DNA of 64,000 bases, from NCBI GenBank assembly GCA_002269645.1, contig NIVC01000644.1, positions 135,996 through 199,995 on the forward strand, read 5' to 3'. Each line of letters begins with the position of its first letter. Within the stretch, counting starts at the first letter, position 1. Positions 1 to 14,754 of this stretch are shown here, piece after piece. Source of the DNA: Macrostomum lignano. Its lineage: Eukaryota. The notes under the pieces were generated by a model that worked only from the letters and a program-made list of their open reading frames with translations, did no database searches and was not told the origin of the DNA. A program made the translations under genes and the position numbers.

Positions 1-1054
1 TTGGGGGCAATGGAGTGAGATTGTGAGCACTAGAGTGAGATTGTGAGCACTAGAGTGAGATTGTGAGCACTAGAGTGAGATTGTGAGCATTAGAGTGAGG
101 TTGTGAGCACTGGAGTGAGATTGTGAGCATTAGAGTGAGATTGTGAGCACTAGAGCGAGATTGAGAGCACTGGAGTGAGATTTTGAGCACTGGAGTGAGA
201 TTGGAGGCAATGGAGTGAGATTGTGAGCACTGGAGTGAGATTGGGGGCAATGGAGTGAGATTGTGAGCACTGGAGTGAGATTGGAGGCAATGGAGTGAGA
301 TTGGAGGCAATGGAGTTAGATTGTGAGCACTGGAGTGAGTTTTTGAGCATTAGAGTGAGATTGTGAGCACTAGAGTGAGATTGTGAGTACTAGAGTGAGA
401 TTGTGAGCACTAGAGTGAGATTGTGAGCATTAGAGTGAGATTGTGAGCACTAGAGCGAGATTGAGAGCACTGGAGTGAGATTTTGAGCACTGGAGTGAGA
501 TTGGAGGCAATGGAGTGAGATTGTGAGCACTAGAGTGAGATTGTGAGCACTGGAGTGAGATTGTGAGCACTAGAGTGAGATTGTGAGCACTAGAGTGAGA
601 TTGTGAGCACTAGAGTGAGATTGTGAGCATTAGAGTGAGATTGTGAGCACTGGAGTGAGATTGTGAGCATTAGAGTGAGATTGTGAGCACTAGAGCGAGA
701 TTGAGAGCACTGGAGTGAGATTTTGAGCACTGGAGTGAGATTGGAGGCAATGGAGTGAGATTGTGAGCACTAGAGTGAGATTGTGAGCACTGAAGTGAGA
801 TTGTGAGCACTAGAGTGAGAATGTGAGCACTAGAGTGAGATTGTGAGCACTAGAGTGAGATTGTGAGCACTAGAGTGAGATTGTGAGCACTAGAGTGAGA
901 TTGTGAGCACTGGAGTGAGATTGTGAGCATTAGAGTGAGATTGTGAGCACTAGAGCGAGATTGAGAGCACTGGAGTGAGATTTTGAGCACTGGAGTGAGA
1001 TTGGAGGCAATGGAGTGAGATTGTGAGCACTAGAGCGAGATTGAGAGCACTGGA
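1..1054. repeat. 20-bp minisatellite (TTGTGAGCACTAGAGTGAGA), runs off the window start
   Basis: 20-nt period visible in column alignment; variants such as TTGGAGGCAATGGAGTGAGA recur in blocks. Confidence 0.95.
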
Positions 1055-1167
1055 GGCGAGAGCAATCTAAATGGTATTTAATTATTATTCAGATTCAATC
1101 TTCACATGACCTTATTGGCATTATCTGGTGCTTTAAGGTGATCGGTTGCTGAAAATCTTCTAAATAG

Positions 1168-2582
<1,415 letters not shown>

Positions 2583-3117
2583 GCACAGCTGCCTGGGCGT
2601 GTAAAAACCGGTTTAGTTAAAAACTCATTATAAAGTACTTCTTATAGTGTTATTCACCCGAAATTTTAGTTACTATTATTAACCGTAAATGACTGAAGCA
2701 ATGTTGGGACTCGTTTGTACTGAGCTCGTGTATTTTGTAAGTCTAATTAATAAATTTCCCTAAATTGCTGCATCTTTAACTTGTGCATTTTCAAGGCGTT
2801 ATCAATAAACAAACAAACAGGCGAAGCTCGCTGTTGCTAATGAACTTTAAATTTAGAAATCTGCCTCTAGAAATTTGAGTTTTTTTGTGTCAAGCTGCAA
2901 GATAGCAAAATATTCGACGGAGGGCTGTGCAGCCAGCGCCAATACTAAGCCTGGGAACAGAATTCAGTGATCACTTACTGTTGCGGGCTCCTCTTCTTTG
3001 TCGGGCAGGTTCTCCGAGCTCGTTTCTTCAAATCTTCTTCCTCTGGAGTAGTCTTCTTGACTTCTAAAATCGGCCGAATGTGAGAGCGTAACAACTCCAT
3101 TTGTAGACGTCGAAGTG

Positions 3118-6100
3118 TTCCTCGAGGGCAGAAATCAATATATTCCTCGAGTGCAGAAATCAATATATTCCTCGAGTGCAGAAATCTATGTATTCCTCGA
3201 GGGCAGAAATCAATATATTCCTCGAGTGCAGAAATCAATATATTCCTCGAGTGCAGAAATCAATATAATTCCTCGAGTGCAGAAATCAATATATTCCTCG
3301 AGTGCAGAAATCAATATATTCCTCGAGGGCAGAAATCAATATATTCCTCGAGGCAGAAATCAATATATTCCTCGAGTGCAGAAATCAATATATTCCTCGA
3401 GTGCAGAAATCAATATATTCCTCGAGTGCAGAAATCAATATATTCCTCGAGTGCAGAAATCAATATATTCCTCGAGTGCAGAAATCAATATATTCCTCGA
3501 GTGCAGAAATCAATTTATTCCTCGAGTGCAGAAATCAATATATTCCTCGAGTGCAGAAATCAATATAATTCCTCGAGTGCAGAAATCAATTTATTCCTCG
3601 AGTGCAGAAATCAATATATTCCTCGAGTGCAGAAATCAATATATTCCTCGAGTGCAGAAATCAATATATTCCTCGAGTGCAGAAATCAATTTATTCCTCG
3701 AGTGCAGAAATCAATATATTCCTCGAGTGCAGAAATCAATATAATTCCTCGAGTGCAGAAATCAATATAATTCCTCGAGTGCAGAAATCAATATATTCCT
3801 CGAGTGCAGAAATCAATATATTCCTCGAGGGCAGAAATCAATATATTCCTCGAGTGCAGAAATCAATATATTCCTCGAGTGCAGAAATCAATATATTCCT
3901 CGAGTGCAGAAATCAATATATTCCTCGAGGGCAGAAATCAATATATTCCTCGAGTGCAGAAATCAATATATTCCTCGAGTGCAGAAATCAATATATTCCT
4001 CGAGTGCAGAAATCAATTTATTCCTCGAGTGCAGAACTCAATATATTCCTCGAGTGCAGAAATCAATATATTCCTCGAGTGCAGAAATCAATATATTCCT
4101 CGAGTGCAGAAATCAATATATTCCTCGAGTGCAGAAATCAATATATTCCTCGAGTGCAGAAATCAATATATTCCTCGAGTGCAGAACTCAATATATTCCT
4201 CGAGTGCAGAAATCAATATATTCCTCGAGTGCAGAACTCAATATATTCCTCGAGTGCAGAAATCAATATATTCCTCGAGTGCAGAAATCAATATATTCCT
4301 CGAGTGCAGAAATCAATATATTCCTCGAGTGCAGAAATCAATATATTCCTCGAGTGCAGAAATCAATATATTCCTCGAGTGCAGAAATCAATATATTCCT
4401 CGAGTGCAGAAATCAATATATTCCTCGAGTGCAGAAATCAATATATTCCTCGAGTGCAGAAATCAATATATTCCTCGAGTGCAGAAATCAATATATTCCT
4501 CGAGTGCAGAAATCAATATATTCCTCGAGTGCAGAAATCAATATATTCCTCGAGTGCAGAAATCAATATATTCCTCGAGTGCAGAAATCAATATATTCCT
4601 CGAGTGCAGAAATCAATATATTCCTCGAGTGCAGAAATCAATATATTCCTCGAGTGCAGAAATCAATATATTCCTCGAGTGCAGAAATCAATATATTCCT
4701 CGAGTGCAGAAATCAATATATTCCTCGAGTGCAGAAATCAATATATTCCTCGAGTGCAGAAATCAATATATTCCTCGAGTGCAGAAATCAATATATTCCT
4801 CGAGTGCAGAAATCAATATATTCCTCGAGTGCAGAAATCAATATATTCCTCGAGTGCAGAAATCAATATAATTCCTCGAGTGCAGAAATCAATATATTCC
4901 TCGAGTGCAGAAATCAATATATTCCTCGAGTGCAGAAATCAATATATTCCTCGAGTGCAGAAATCAATATATTCCTCGAGTGCAGAAATCAATATATTCC
5001 TCGAGTGCAGAAATCAATATATTCCTCGAGTGCAGAAATCAATATATTCCTCGAGTGCAGAAATCAATATATTCCTCGAGTGCAGAAATCAATATATTCC
5101 TCGAGTGCAGAAATCAATATATTCCTCGAGTGCAGAAATCAATATATTCCTCGAGTGCAGAAATCAATATATTCCTCGAGTGCAGAAATCAATATATTCC
5201 TCGAGTGCAGAAATCAATATAATTCCTCGAGTGCAGAAATCAATATATTCCTCGAGTGCAGAAATCAATATATTCCTCGAGTGCAGAAATCAATATATTC
5301 CTCGAGTGCAGAAATCAATATATTCCTCGAGTGCAGAAATCAATATATTCCTCGAGTGCAGAAATCAATATATTCCTCGAGTGCAGAAATCAATATATTC
5401 CTCGAGTGCAGAAATCAATATATTCCTCGAGTGCAGAAATCAATATATTCCTCGAGTGCAGAAATCAATATATTCCTCGAGTGCAGAAATCAATATATTC
5501 CTCGAGTGCAGAAATCAATATATTCCTCGAGTGCAGAAATCAATATATTCCTCGAGTGCAGAACTCAATATATTCCTCGAGTGCAGAAATCAATATATTC
5601 CTCGAGTGCAGAAATCAATATAATTCCTCGAGTGCAGAAATCAATATATTCCTCGAGTGCAGAAATCAATATATTCCTCGAGTGCAGAACTCAATATATT
5701 CCTCGAGTGCAGAAATCAATATATTCCTCGAGTGCAGAAATCAATATAATTCCTCGAGTGCAGAAATCAATATATTCCTCGAGTGCAGAAATCAATATAT
5801 TCCTCGAGTGCAGAAATCAATATATTCCTCGAGTGCAGAAATCAATATAATTCCTCGAGTGCAGAAATCAATATATTCCTCGAGTGCAGAAATCAATATA
5901 TTCCTCGAGTGCAGAAATCAATATATTCCTCGAGTGCAGAAATCAATATATTCCTCGAGTGCAGAAATCAATATATTCCTCGAGTGCAGAAATCAATATA
6001 TTCCTCGAGTGCAGAAATCAATATATTCCTCGAGTGCAGAAATCAATATATTCCTCGAGTGCAGAAATCAATATATTCCTCGAGTGCAGAAATCAATATA

Positions 6101-7326
6101 TTCCTCGAGTGCAGAAATCAATATATTCCTCGAGTGCAGAAATCAATATATTCCTCGAGTGCAGAAATCAATATATTCCTCGAGTGCAGAAATCAATATA
6201 TTCCTCGAGTGCAGAAATCAATATATTCCTCGAGTGCAGAAATCAATATATTCCTCGAGTGCAGAAATCAATATATTCCTCGAGTGCAGAAATCAATATA
6301 TTCCTCGAGTGCAGAAATCAATATATTCCTCGAGTGCAGAAATCAATATATTCCTCGAGTGCAGAAATCAATATATTCCTCGAGTGCAGAAATCAATATA
6401 TTCCTCGAGTGCAGAAATCAATATATTCCTCGAGTGCAGAAATCAATATATTCCTCGAGTGCAGAAATCAATATATTCCTCGAGTGCAGAAATCAATATA
6501 TTCCTCGAGTGCAGAAATCAATATATTCCTCGAGTGCAGAAATCAATATATTCCTCGAGTGCAGAAATCAATATATTCCTCGAGTGCAGAAATCAATATA
6601 TTCCTCGAGTGCAGAAATCAATATATTCCTCGAGTGCAGAAATCAATATATTCCTCGAGTGCAGAAATCAATATATTCCTCGAGTGCAGAAATCAATATA
6701 TTCCTCGAGTGCAGAAATCAATATATTCCTCGAGTGCAGAAATCAATATATTCCTCGAGTGCAGAAATCAATATATTCCTCGAGTGCAGAAATCAATATA
6801 TTCCTCGAGTGCAGAAATCAATATATTCCTCGAGTGCAGAAATCAATATATTCCTCGAGTGCAGAAATCAATATATTCCTCGAGTGCAGAAATCAATATA
6901 ATTCCTCGAGTGCAGAAATCAATATATTCCTCGAGTGCAGAAATCAATATATTCCTCGAGTGCAGAAATCAATATAATTCCTCGAGTGCAGAAATCAATA
7001 TATTCCTCGAGTGCAGAAATCAATATATTCCTCGAGTGCAGAAATCAATATAATTCCTCGAGTGCAGAAATCAATATATTCCTCGAGTGCAGAAATCAAT
7101 ATATTCCTCGAGTGCAGAAATCAATATAATTCCTCGAGTGCAGAAATCAATATATTCCTCGAGTGCAGAAATCAATATATTCCTCGAGTGCAGAAATCAA
7201 TATAATTCCTCGAGTGCAGAAATCAATATATTCCTCGAGTGCAGAAATCAATATATTCCTCGAGTGCAGAAATCAATATAATTCCTCGAGTGCAGAAATC
7301 AATATATTCCTCGAGTGCAGAAATCA
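3118..7326. repeat. 25-bp satellite (ATTCCTCGAGTGCAGAAATCAATAT), about 168 copies
   Basis: Near-perfect 25-nt period over about 4.2 kb with occasional 26-nt variants; CTCGAG palindrome in each unit. Confidence 0.98.
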
Positions 7327-8280
7327 GTATCAAAGATGCGCCCTAGTCAACTTTCTATAACAATGACGAGGTCCTCCAGAAAGGGCGTCTTCTAGAAATA
7401 ACGGAATCGGAGTAGTGTGCTCCTATCGGTTACTCTAGGATAATCCAAATCAATCAATCGATAATCCTTTAAGGGTATCGGAATCGGTCCGCAGATCCTA
7501 TCCAATCCCTTAGGAAAATGGGAGGCCTCAAATTCAATGAACTCAGTAAAATCAAATGATCAATAACGGCCGGCAATAAAATCGCTCTCAATCAATCAAA
7601 TAACACAGGCTCGAACAAAGGCTTCCCAAACGGTATTTGTCTCCCTCAGACATGTAGCCTCGATTAGCTTCTCCCGCAAGCTTAAGCTCTTCAGAGGCTG
7701 CTCCGAGTCTGAGATTTTTAGCTCGGATTTTGGCTTGTATTTATAGGAAAATCTTGCGAGAATCAGGTTATTTTGGGTAGGTGACAGTTTCGCGTTCTAG
7801 AAATTTGACCCTTTGAAAATTGAATAGGATTCTTGCGAATCGTACAATAGATTTCAAGCATTAATTACCATATTCGGAGTTCTAAATTGAAATGTTGCAA
7901 AAATGATCATTCGTTCGTTTCGTGGTCTTAAAAATAAAGTGTGACCATTTGGCAGTGAGACATAAATTTAACATAGAATCCTAATTTTATAAAAGAAAAG
8001 CTCCATGAATATGAATAGAGCTGTAAGAAAGGCATTGACTTGGCGAGCTTCCTATCAGAAGAAATTCCTCCAGAAGCTCTACTTGAGTAGTCCTTGGCGT
8101 CAATATAATCTGCAACAAGATGCGGACTGGATTGCTGAAGCCTGGCATTGCCACTTGGCATTCTCTTGTGTAGACCTGTTTTGCGGATGCAACAGGTCTA
8201 TCATTGATCTTTTTTCATTTTGCGTATGTGAGCTACTGAGGTGGCCATGAGCCATGGGCCATCTGTCTGCCTGCCACTCT

Positions 8281-9023
8281 GGAGCCAGCCAAGGAGATCT
8301 AGAGCCAGCCAAGGAGATCTAGAGCCAGCCAAGGAGATCTAGAGCCAGCCAAGGAGATCTAGAGCCAGCCAAGGAGATCTAGAGCCAGCCAAGGAGATCT
8401 AGAGTCAGCCAAGGAGATCTAAAGCCAGCCTAGGAGATCTAGAGCCAGCCTAGGAGATCTAGAGCCAGCCAAGGAGATCTAGAGCCAGCCAAGGCGATCT
8501 AGAGCCAGCCAAGGAGATCTAGAGCCAGCCAAGGAGATCTAGAGCCAGCCAAGGAGATCTAGAGCCAGCCAAGGAGATCTAGAGCCAGCCAAGGAGATCT
8601 AGAGCCAGCCAAGGAGATCTAGAGCCAGCCAAGGAGATCTAGAGCCAGCCAAGGAGATCTAGAGCCAGCCAAGGAGATCTAGAGCCAGCCAAGGCGATCT
8701 AGAGCCAGCCAAGGAGATCTAGAGCCAGCCAAGGAGATCTAGAGCCAGCCAAGGAGATCTAGAGCCAGCCAAGGAGATCTAGAGCCAGCCAAGGAGATCT
8801 AGAGCCAGCCAAGGAGATCTAGAGCCAGCCAAGGAGATCTAGAGCCAGCCAAGGAGATCTAGAGCCAGCCAAGGAGATCTAGAGCCAGCCAAGGAGATCT
8901 AGAGCCAGCCAAGGAGATCTAGAGCCAGCCAAGGAGATCTAGAGCCAGCCAAGGAGATCTAGAGCCAGCCAAGGAGATCTAGAGCCAGCCAAGGAGATCT
9001 AGAGCCAGCCAATGAGATCTAGA
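8281..9023. repeat. 20-bp minisatellite (AGAGCCAGCCAAGGAGATCT), about 37 copies
   Basis: 20-nt period aligned in columns; overlapping AGATCT/TCTAGA palindromes at unit junctions. Confidence 0.97.
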
Positions 9024-9292
9024 CAAGGACAACTTGAGTAGGACGCAACACTCGAAATCTATGGTAAATGTGATGAAGGCAACTTTTCGCCGAAAAATAC
9101 ACTACAGAAATAGGAGGTTTCAATTTTTTCAGCACAAAAATGTTATTGCTTTTGACAGGAGGCAGATCCAGTGTTCATCTTTTGATATGTTGTGCCTTTC
9201 TTATTGCTCTATCGATATTTATAAAGCTTTTCGTTCAGGAAATAGTTTTAAAGGCAGGTTTCACCGGAAAAATACACTACGGAGATAGGAAA

Positions 9293-9534
9293 TTTCACGA
9301 TTTTCAACACTAAAACAGTGATTGAGTCTCTTAACAGTGTCAGAGAAAGTTCTAATCACACTATTTTGTGCCTCACATGCTGCTCTAACGACGCATTAAT
9401 CGATATTTTATGATAAATTGGTCTTGTCATTATTTTAAACGCTTTTTCCAATAAGACCATTTTTCCATGTCAGAGAACTTTCTCTGACACTGTTAGGAGA
9501 CTCAATCACTGTTTTAGTGTTGAAAATCGTGAAA
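9293..9534. repeat. 61-bp inverted repeat (9293-9353 / 9474-9534) with 120-bp spacer
   Basis: TTTCACGATTTTCAACACTAAAACAGTGATTGAGTCTC(T/C)TAACAGTGTCAGAGAAAGTTCT matches its reverse complement with one mismatch. Confidence 0.9.
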
Positions 9535-10148
9535 CTGGGGGCGGCCCAGAATCCGGCCGGCATCAGCGAGTGCCTCATCCTGGTCGCCCTGTTCTACGGC
9601 GCCTCGAGCGGCCTGCAGGTGGCCCAGTTCGACTCGGACACTCGCCAGTGCTCGCTCTTCCAATACACCGCAGTGTACCACCTCATCGATGGACTCGCTG
9701 CTGCAGAGAGATCGCAGCCCCCCCCCGCTGTGCCGCATTCGCCAATTCCAAAGCTGCCGGCTTCATTACTTTGAGCAAGAAGCTGGGCTCGAAGCTGAGG
9801 GCCGCCTGGCTGATGAGCGACGATGCGGACGCCAGCAGGAGCAACTTGGTGTGCGGCCAGACGCAGCAGTGGATGTCGGAGAATGTGGAGTGGAGCAGCG
9901 AGGGAGCCAAGCTCGACGAAGTGTCGTCCAAGATATGGCTGGAGAACGTGGAGAAGCTGCTCGCGAGCCTGCAGCAGGCCGGCCTCACGTGCCTGGTCAG
10001 GCTCAAGCGGGAGTCCCCACAAGAGAAGCCGCTGTTCGAATCCTACAACTGCGACTCCACGGGGAGTCGGGGCATCGCCTTTTGGGACGGCTGGACTGGC
10101 GGCGGGATGTCGCCTGTACTTTGTCAGGGTGGCCTCATCTTACAATGA
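9535..10148 (+). pseudogene. 5'-truncated, frameshifted GC-rich coding fragment, possibly PAN/apple plus C-type-lectin-like
   Basis: Strong GC3 bias; frames 9517-9774 (ECL...QFDSDTRQCSL) and 9570-10148 (RCAAF...W...W...TCLVRL...YNC...VLC) switch near the poly-C run at about 9718-9726. The domain call rests on Cys/Trp spacing only. Confidence 0.4.
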
Positions 10149-10364
10149 CAACTACCTGCCTCCCGCCTTGAACTCGTTTGACCCGATTTTTTTGAAAATT
10201 ACAGAAAAGCTACAAATACACTACGGGCAAATATGACGTGTCGGACTGACTGTTTGTGTCAATTTTTTACTTCAAGTATCACCGTGTCCTCTCTTCATCT
10301 CGTCTTGTCCTGCTTTTGCCTTCCGCCCTGTCCTGTCGCGCCTTTTCTCATTTCATTCTCAGCT

Positions 10365-11142
10365 GGCAGTCACATATGCCAGCAATCAACATGTGACAGT
10401 ATGTGTCAGTCACATATGCCAGCAATCAACATATGACAGGCTGTGTCAGTCACATATGCCAGCAATCAGCATGTGACAGGCTGTGTCAGTCACATATGCC
10501 AGCAATCAGCATGCGACAGGCTGTGTCAGTCACATATGCCAGCAATCAAGCATGTGACAGGCTGTGTCAGTCACATAAGCCAGCATGTGACAGGCTGTGT
10601 CAGTCACATAAGCCAGCACGTGACAGGCTGTGTCAGTCACATAAGCCAGCATGTGACAGGCTGTGTCAGTCACATATGCCAACATGTGACAGGCTGTGTC
10701 ATTCCCATAAGCCAACATGTGACAGGCTGTTTCAGTCACATATGCCAGCAATCAAGCATGTGACAGGCTGTGTCAGTCACATAAGCCAGCACGTGACAGG
10801 CTGTGTCAGTCACATAAGCCAGCATGTGACAGGCTGTGTCAGTCACATATGCCAACATGTGACAGGCTGTGTCATTCCCATTTAGCCAACATGTGACAGG
10901 CTGTTTCAGTCACATATGCCAGCAATCAAGCATGTGACAGGCTGTGTCAGTCACATAAGCCAGCATGTGACAGGCTGTTTCAGTCACATATGCCAGCAAT
11001 CAAGCATGTGACAGGCTGTGTCAGTCACATAAGCCAGCATGTGACAGGCTGTGTCAGTCACATATGCCAGTAATCAAGCATGTGACAGGCTGTGTCAGTC
11101 ACATATGCCAGCAATCAAGCATGTGACAGTATGTGTCAGTCA
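10365..11142. repeat. Minisatellite of about 35-41 bp (CAGTCACATATGCCAGCAATCAAGCATGTGACAGGCTGTGT and shorter variants)
   Basis: Directly visible tandem units of variable length. Confidence 0.93.
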
Positions 11143-11208
11143 GCCCCTCCCCCGGCTACGGTACTGCTTGAGAGCCAGCAAAAACTGCCCATGACCGCGC
11201 AGCCTCAA

Positions 11209-11367
11209 CTGCTCCAGCTTCTTAGACTTGACTGCCGCCGAGTACAGGGCGGTGGCGCAGCGACCCTCCAGCCCGAAGACCTGGGTTGGCGGCAACACGA
11301 GCTGGCGGAGGGCAGTGCTGGTGCTGAACTGGCGTCTCAGGATACTGAACATGGCGCTCGAAGACAT
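11209..11367 (-). pseudogene. ATP5PO: ATP synthase subunit O (OSCP) N-terminal fragment
   Basis: [53 protein letters not shown] matches the OSCP transit peptide plus [23 protein letters not shown] motif; conserved Y reads C; homology is lost after KLEQ; no further exons found. Confidence 0.8.
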
Positions 11368-12603
11368 GATGGAGCACTGGCTGCAAGCTTGAACAGAAGG
11401 CCGCATTTTGCTGCTTTTCGTCTGCTGCTTTTGAGGGAGCAAGCTTGCTATAACAATATCAATAATCAATAATAATATATCATTGACTTTTTATTCATAT
11501 ATAGATTTTAGAAAGCTAAGCCTGTTGTTTTGCATGAAATTTTTGCTTTCGTCACTACTAAGCGTGCAGAAAGTGGCTGATTATGGAGGTGAGGTGGACA
11601 TCGGGTGCTGAGTTGCAGGAACAAAGAGAGACTTGAATACGAAAGGCTAAAACAGTCTACAGCATCGACCAAGGACCCTACAGCAGTCAAGACTATACAC
11701 AGTTGCCAGGATAAAAAAGCAACTCGGAGACAAAATGAGGTGCAAGGATGATTTATTAGGAATTAATACAGCGCTTATTTTTTTCTATACTACAGCTAGG
11801 AGCATCGCGAAAAACACTGCATCGGAATCACCGAGAGTACGAGCTATGAACCTTTAGGGAAGGACAAACAAGATTTGAAATTTCTGGTTGCCCAACAACG
11901 AAGGGCCATTAACTTGGCTTGATGATTTCAACGCACCCCCAGCGGCCTGCACCCGAAAATGCGAACAACCAAAATGTTCACTTTTTCAGGAACTTGCCCC
12001 CCCCCATACGCTTTTGTTGTGACCTGTGTCACAGTGCTCCCCTGGTGCAAGTGCACTTTGATAGTTGTTGACTTTGGTAGTTGATTATTGTTACCCCCCC
12101 CCCGGCTCAAGCCAGTCTGGAGCTATGAGCCCTTTGGCTGAGCCTCTGCTCTCTTTCTCTCTCTCTCTCGCCTTGGCTGTTTAGCCCTTTGGCTAGCCGT
12201 GCTGATTGGCTGGGCCTCTGCTCTCTCTCTCTCTCCCTGGCCGTGCGCGCTTCCACCCTCCCCTCGCCGCAGCCAACCAGCTGTCAATCAGCTCCATTGC
12301 TTAAGCCCTTTCTCCCCCCCCTTGTTTGCGCCCCTGCCCCTTTTTACTCGTTATTTAAGGCGACGCTCAGACCCCGCCCCTTTTCTCACCGTGCCTGCGC
12401 CCATTTGCGCCCACCGCGATAAATAAACGAACGTGACCAGCGATCAACCGTAGAGACGGTCTCTTACTGCGAAGACTCAATTTATTGCAATCGATCGGCC
12501 TTCCCGTGTATGAGTGCTATAATCGACCCGGCCCGGTAAGCTGTCGAGACAATTGCCTGTGTTCCTCGGGGTCGCTCTCCTGATCTCTCTCTCTCTCACT
12601 CTC

Positions 12604-12812
12604 TCCTCAGTCTGACTCACCAGGCTGTCGAGTGGCCGACCGCCCGCAGCCCTCTCTCTCTTCCTTGACTCACCAGGCTGTCGAGTGGCCGCCCGCCCAC
12701 AGCCCTCTCTCTTTTCCTTGACTCACCAGGCTGTCGAGTGGCCGACCGCCCGCAGCCCTCTCTCTCTTCCTTGACTCACCAGGCTGTCGAGTGGCCGCCC
12801 GCCCACAGCCGC
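12604..12812. repeat. 53-bp tandem repeat x4 within a GC-rich island
   Basis: GACTCACCAGGCTGTCGAGTGGCC begins at 12614, 12667, 12720 and 12773. Confidence 0.9.
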
Positions 12813-13116
12813 CCCTCCCCTCTCTCTCGACTTCTCAACCTTGACCTCCCCCGAAGTGTCCGTACGCCTCGGGGTCGCCGATCGAGCTCGTAAGCCCTGG
12901 GCAGTCCAGTACCCGAACCCCGACACCGCTACCCGTCGCCCAACCCGGCCGTGCCAGCGAGGAAGGGGGATACAACACTTTTAACAACAACAATACTGCG
13001 AAAAGCTCGTTATCATGTAAGTACATGTGGCTGTAAGCCAAACCTTATTGAGTCTTGGGTATATAAGCATCAGCCAAAGGTGAGACGGTCGACAGCTATG
13101 CTCGCTAAGTAACTAC

Positions 13117-13866
<750 letters not shown>

Positions 13867-14074
13867 TTAATTATTAATTTAAATATTAATTTAAATATAA
13901 AACACAGATTATAATTATGAAAATATTATTTAAACTATTTATTGATTGTATACCATTTTCAATTGCATTCGTTTTCCCTCTTGGCCTACTAATCTCAGTA
14001 GCAAGTGTCGGTTGCTCATGCAGGATGATCATTTTTCTTACTGGTTTGATTTTTGAGTAAGAGTGAAGGCGGGT

Positions 14075-14357
14075 GAGTGAGAGTGAATGTGGGTGAATGA
14101 GAGTGAATGTGGGTGAATGAGAGTGAATGGGTGAATTAGAGTGTATGGGTGAATGAGAGTGAATGGGTGAATGAGAGTGAATGTGGGTGAATGAGAGTGA
14201 ATGGGTGAATTAGAGCGTATGGGTGAATGAGAGTGAATGGGTGAATTAGAGTGTATGGGTAATGAGAGTGAATGGGTGAATGAGAGTGAATGGGTGAATG
14301 AGAGTGAATGGGTGAATGAGAGTGAATGGGTGAATGAGAGTGAATGTGGATGAATGT
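14075..14357. repeat. 18-bp minisatellite (GAGAGTGAATGGGTGAAT)
   Basis: Directly visible. Confidence 0.9.
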
Positions 14358-14754
14358 GGTAAGAGCTGTCTCAAAATGAAAGCCTTGTTTTAGCTTTAAT
14401 CAATTATTACCAAAAACTGGGAATTATAAAAATAGGCTATAAAATCGAGAATATAATAAACTGATCATTGTTATCAGTCGATCAAATCGCTTTCATTTAT
14501 GAATTATGAAATGAATTCTCGACCTTTGAATTCCCCTTGAAAGCCTCAACAGCTCGCAGCAGTTTTCCCAATACTGTCTGTGCATTGTTTACTTCTGCAG
14601 CCAATGGCTCTTTAGCTCTCGCTTCGGTAGCGATAAACCCAAAAGGATGATTATTTTATAGCTCAAAATTCTACACGGAATTCTATTAAAAAGGTTGCAA
14701 AATTTATCAGTAGGAACTTGCAACAAAGTTTGTATCAACTTCAACTAAGACACG

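Noticed and set aside
3118-7326. CRISPR-like appearance of regular 20-41-bp repeats here and elsewhere
   Set aside because: Units are head-to-tail with no unique spacers, there are no cas genes, and the context is eukaryotic.
3115-7360. Overlapping ORFs up to 673 aa (QKSIYSSSAEINIFLECRNQYIPRV repeats)
   Set aside because: All three + frames give the same 25-aa cycle, which follows from a stop-free 25-nt unit; there is no flanking gene structure.
2975-7750. Possible - strand transcription unit (TATAAATA near 7740, GTAAGT donor near 2975-2980) enclosing the 25-bp satellite
   Set aside because: Flanking frames contain stops and no recognisable protein; the motifs could occur by chance.
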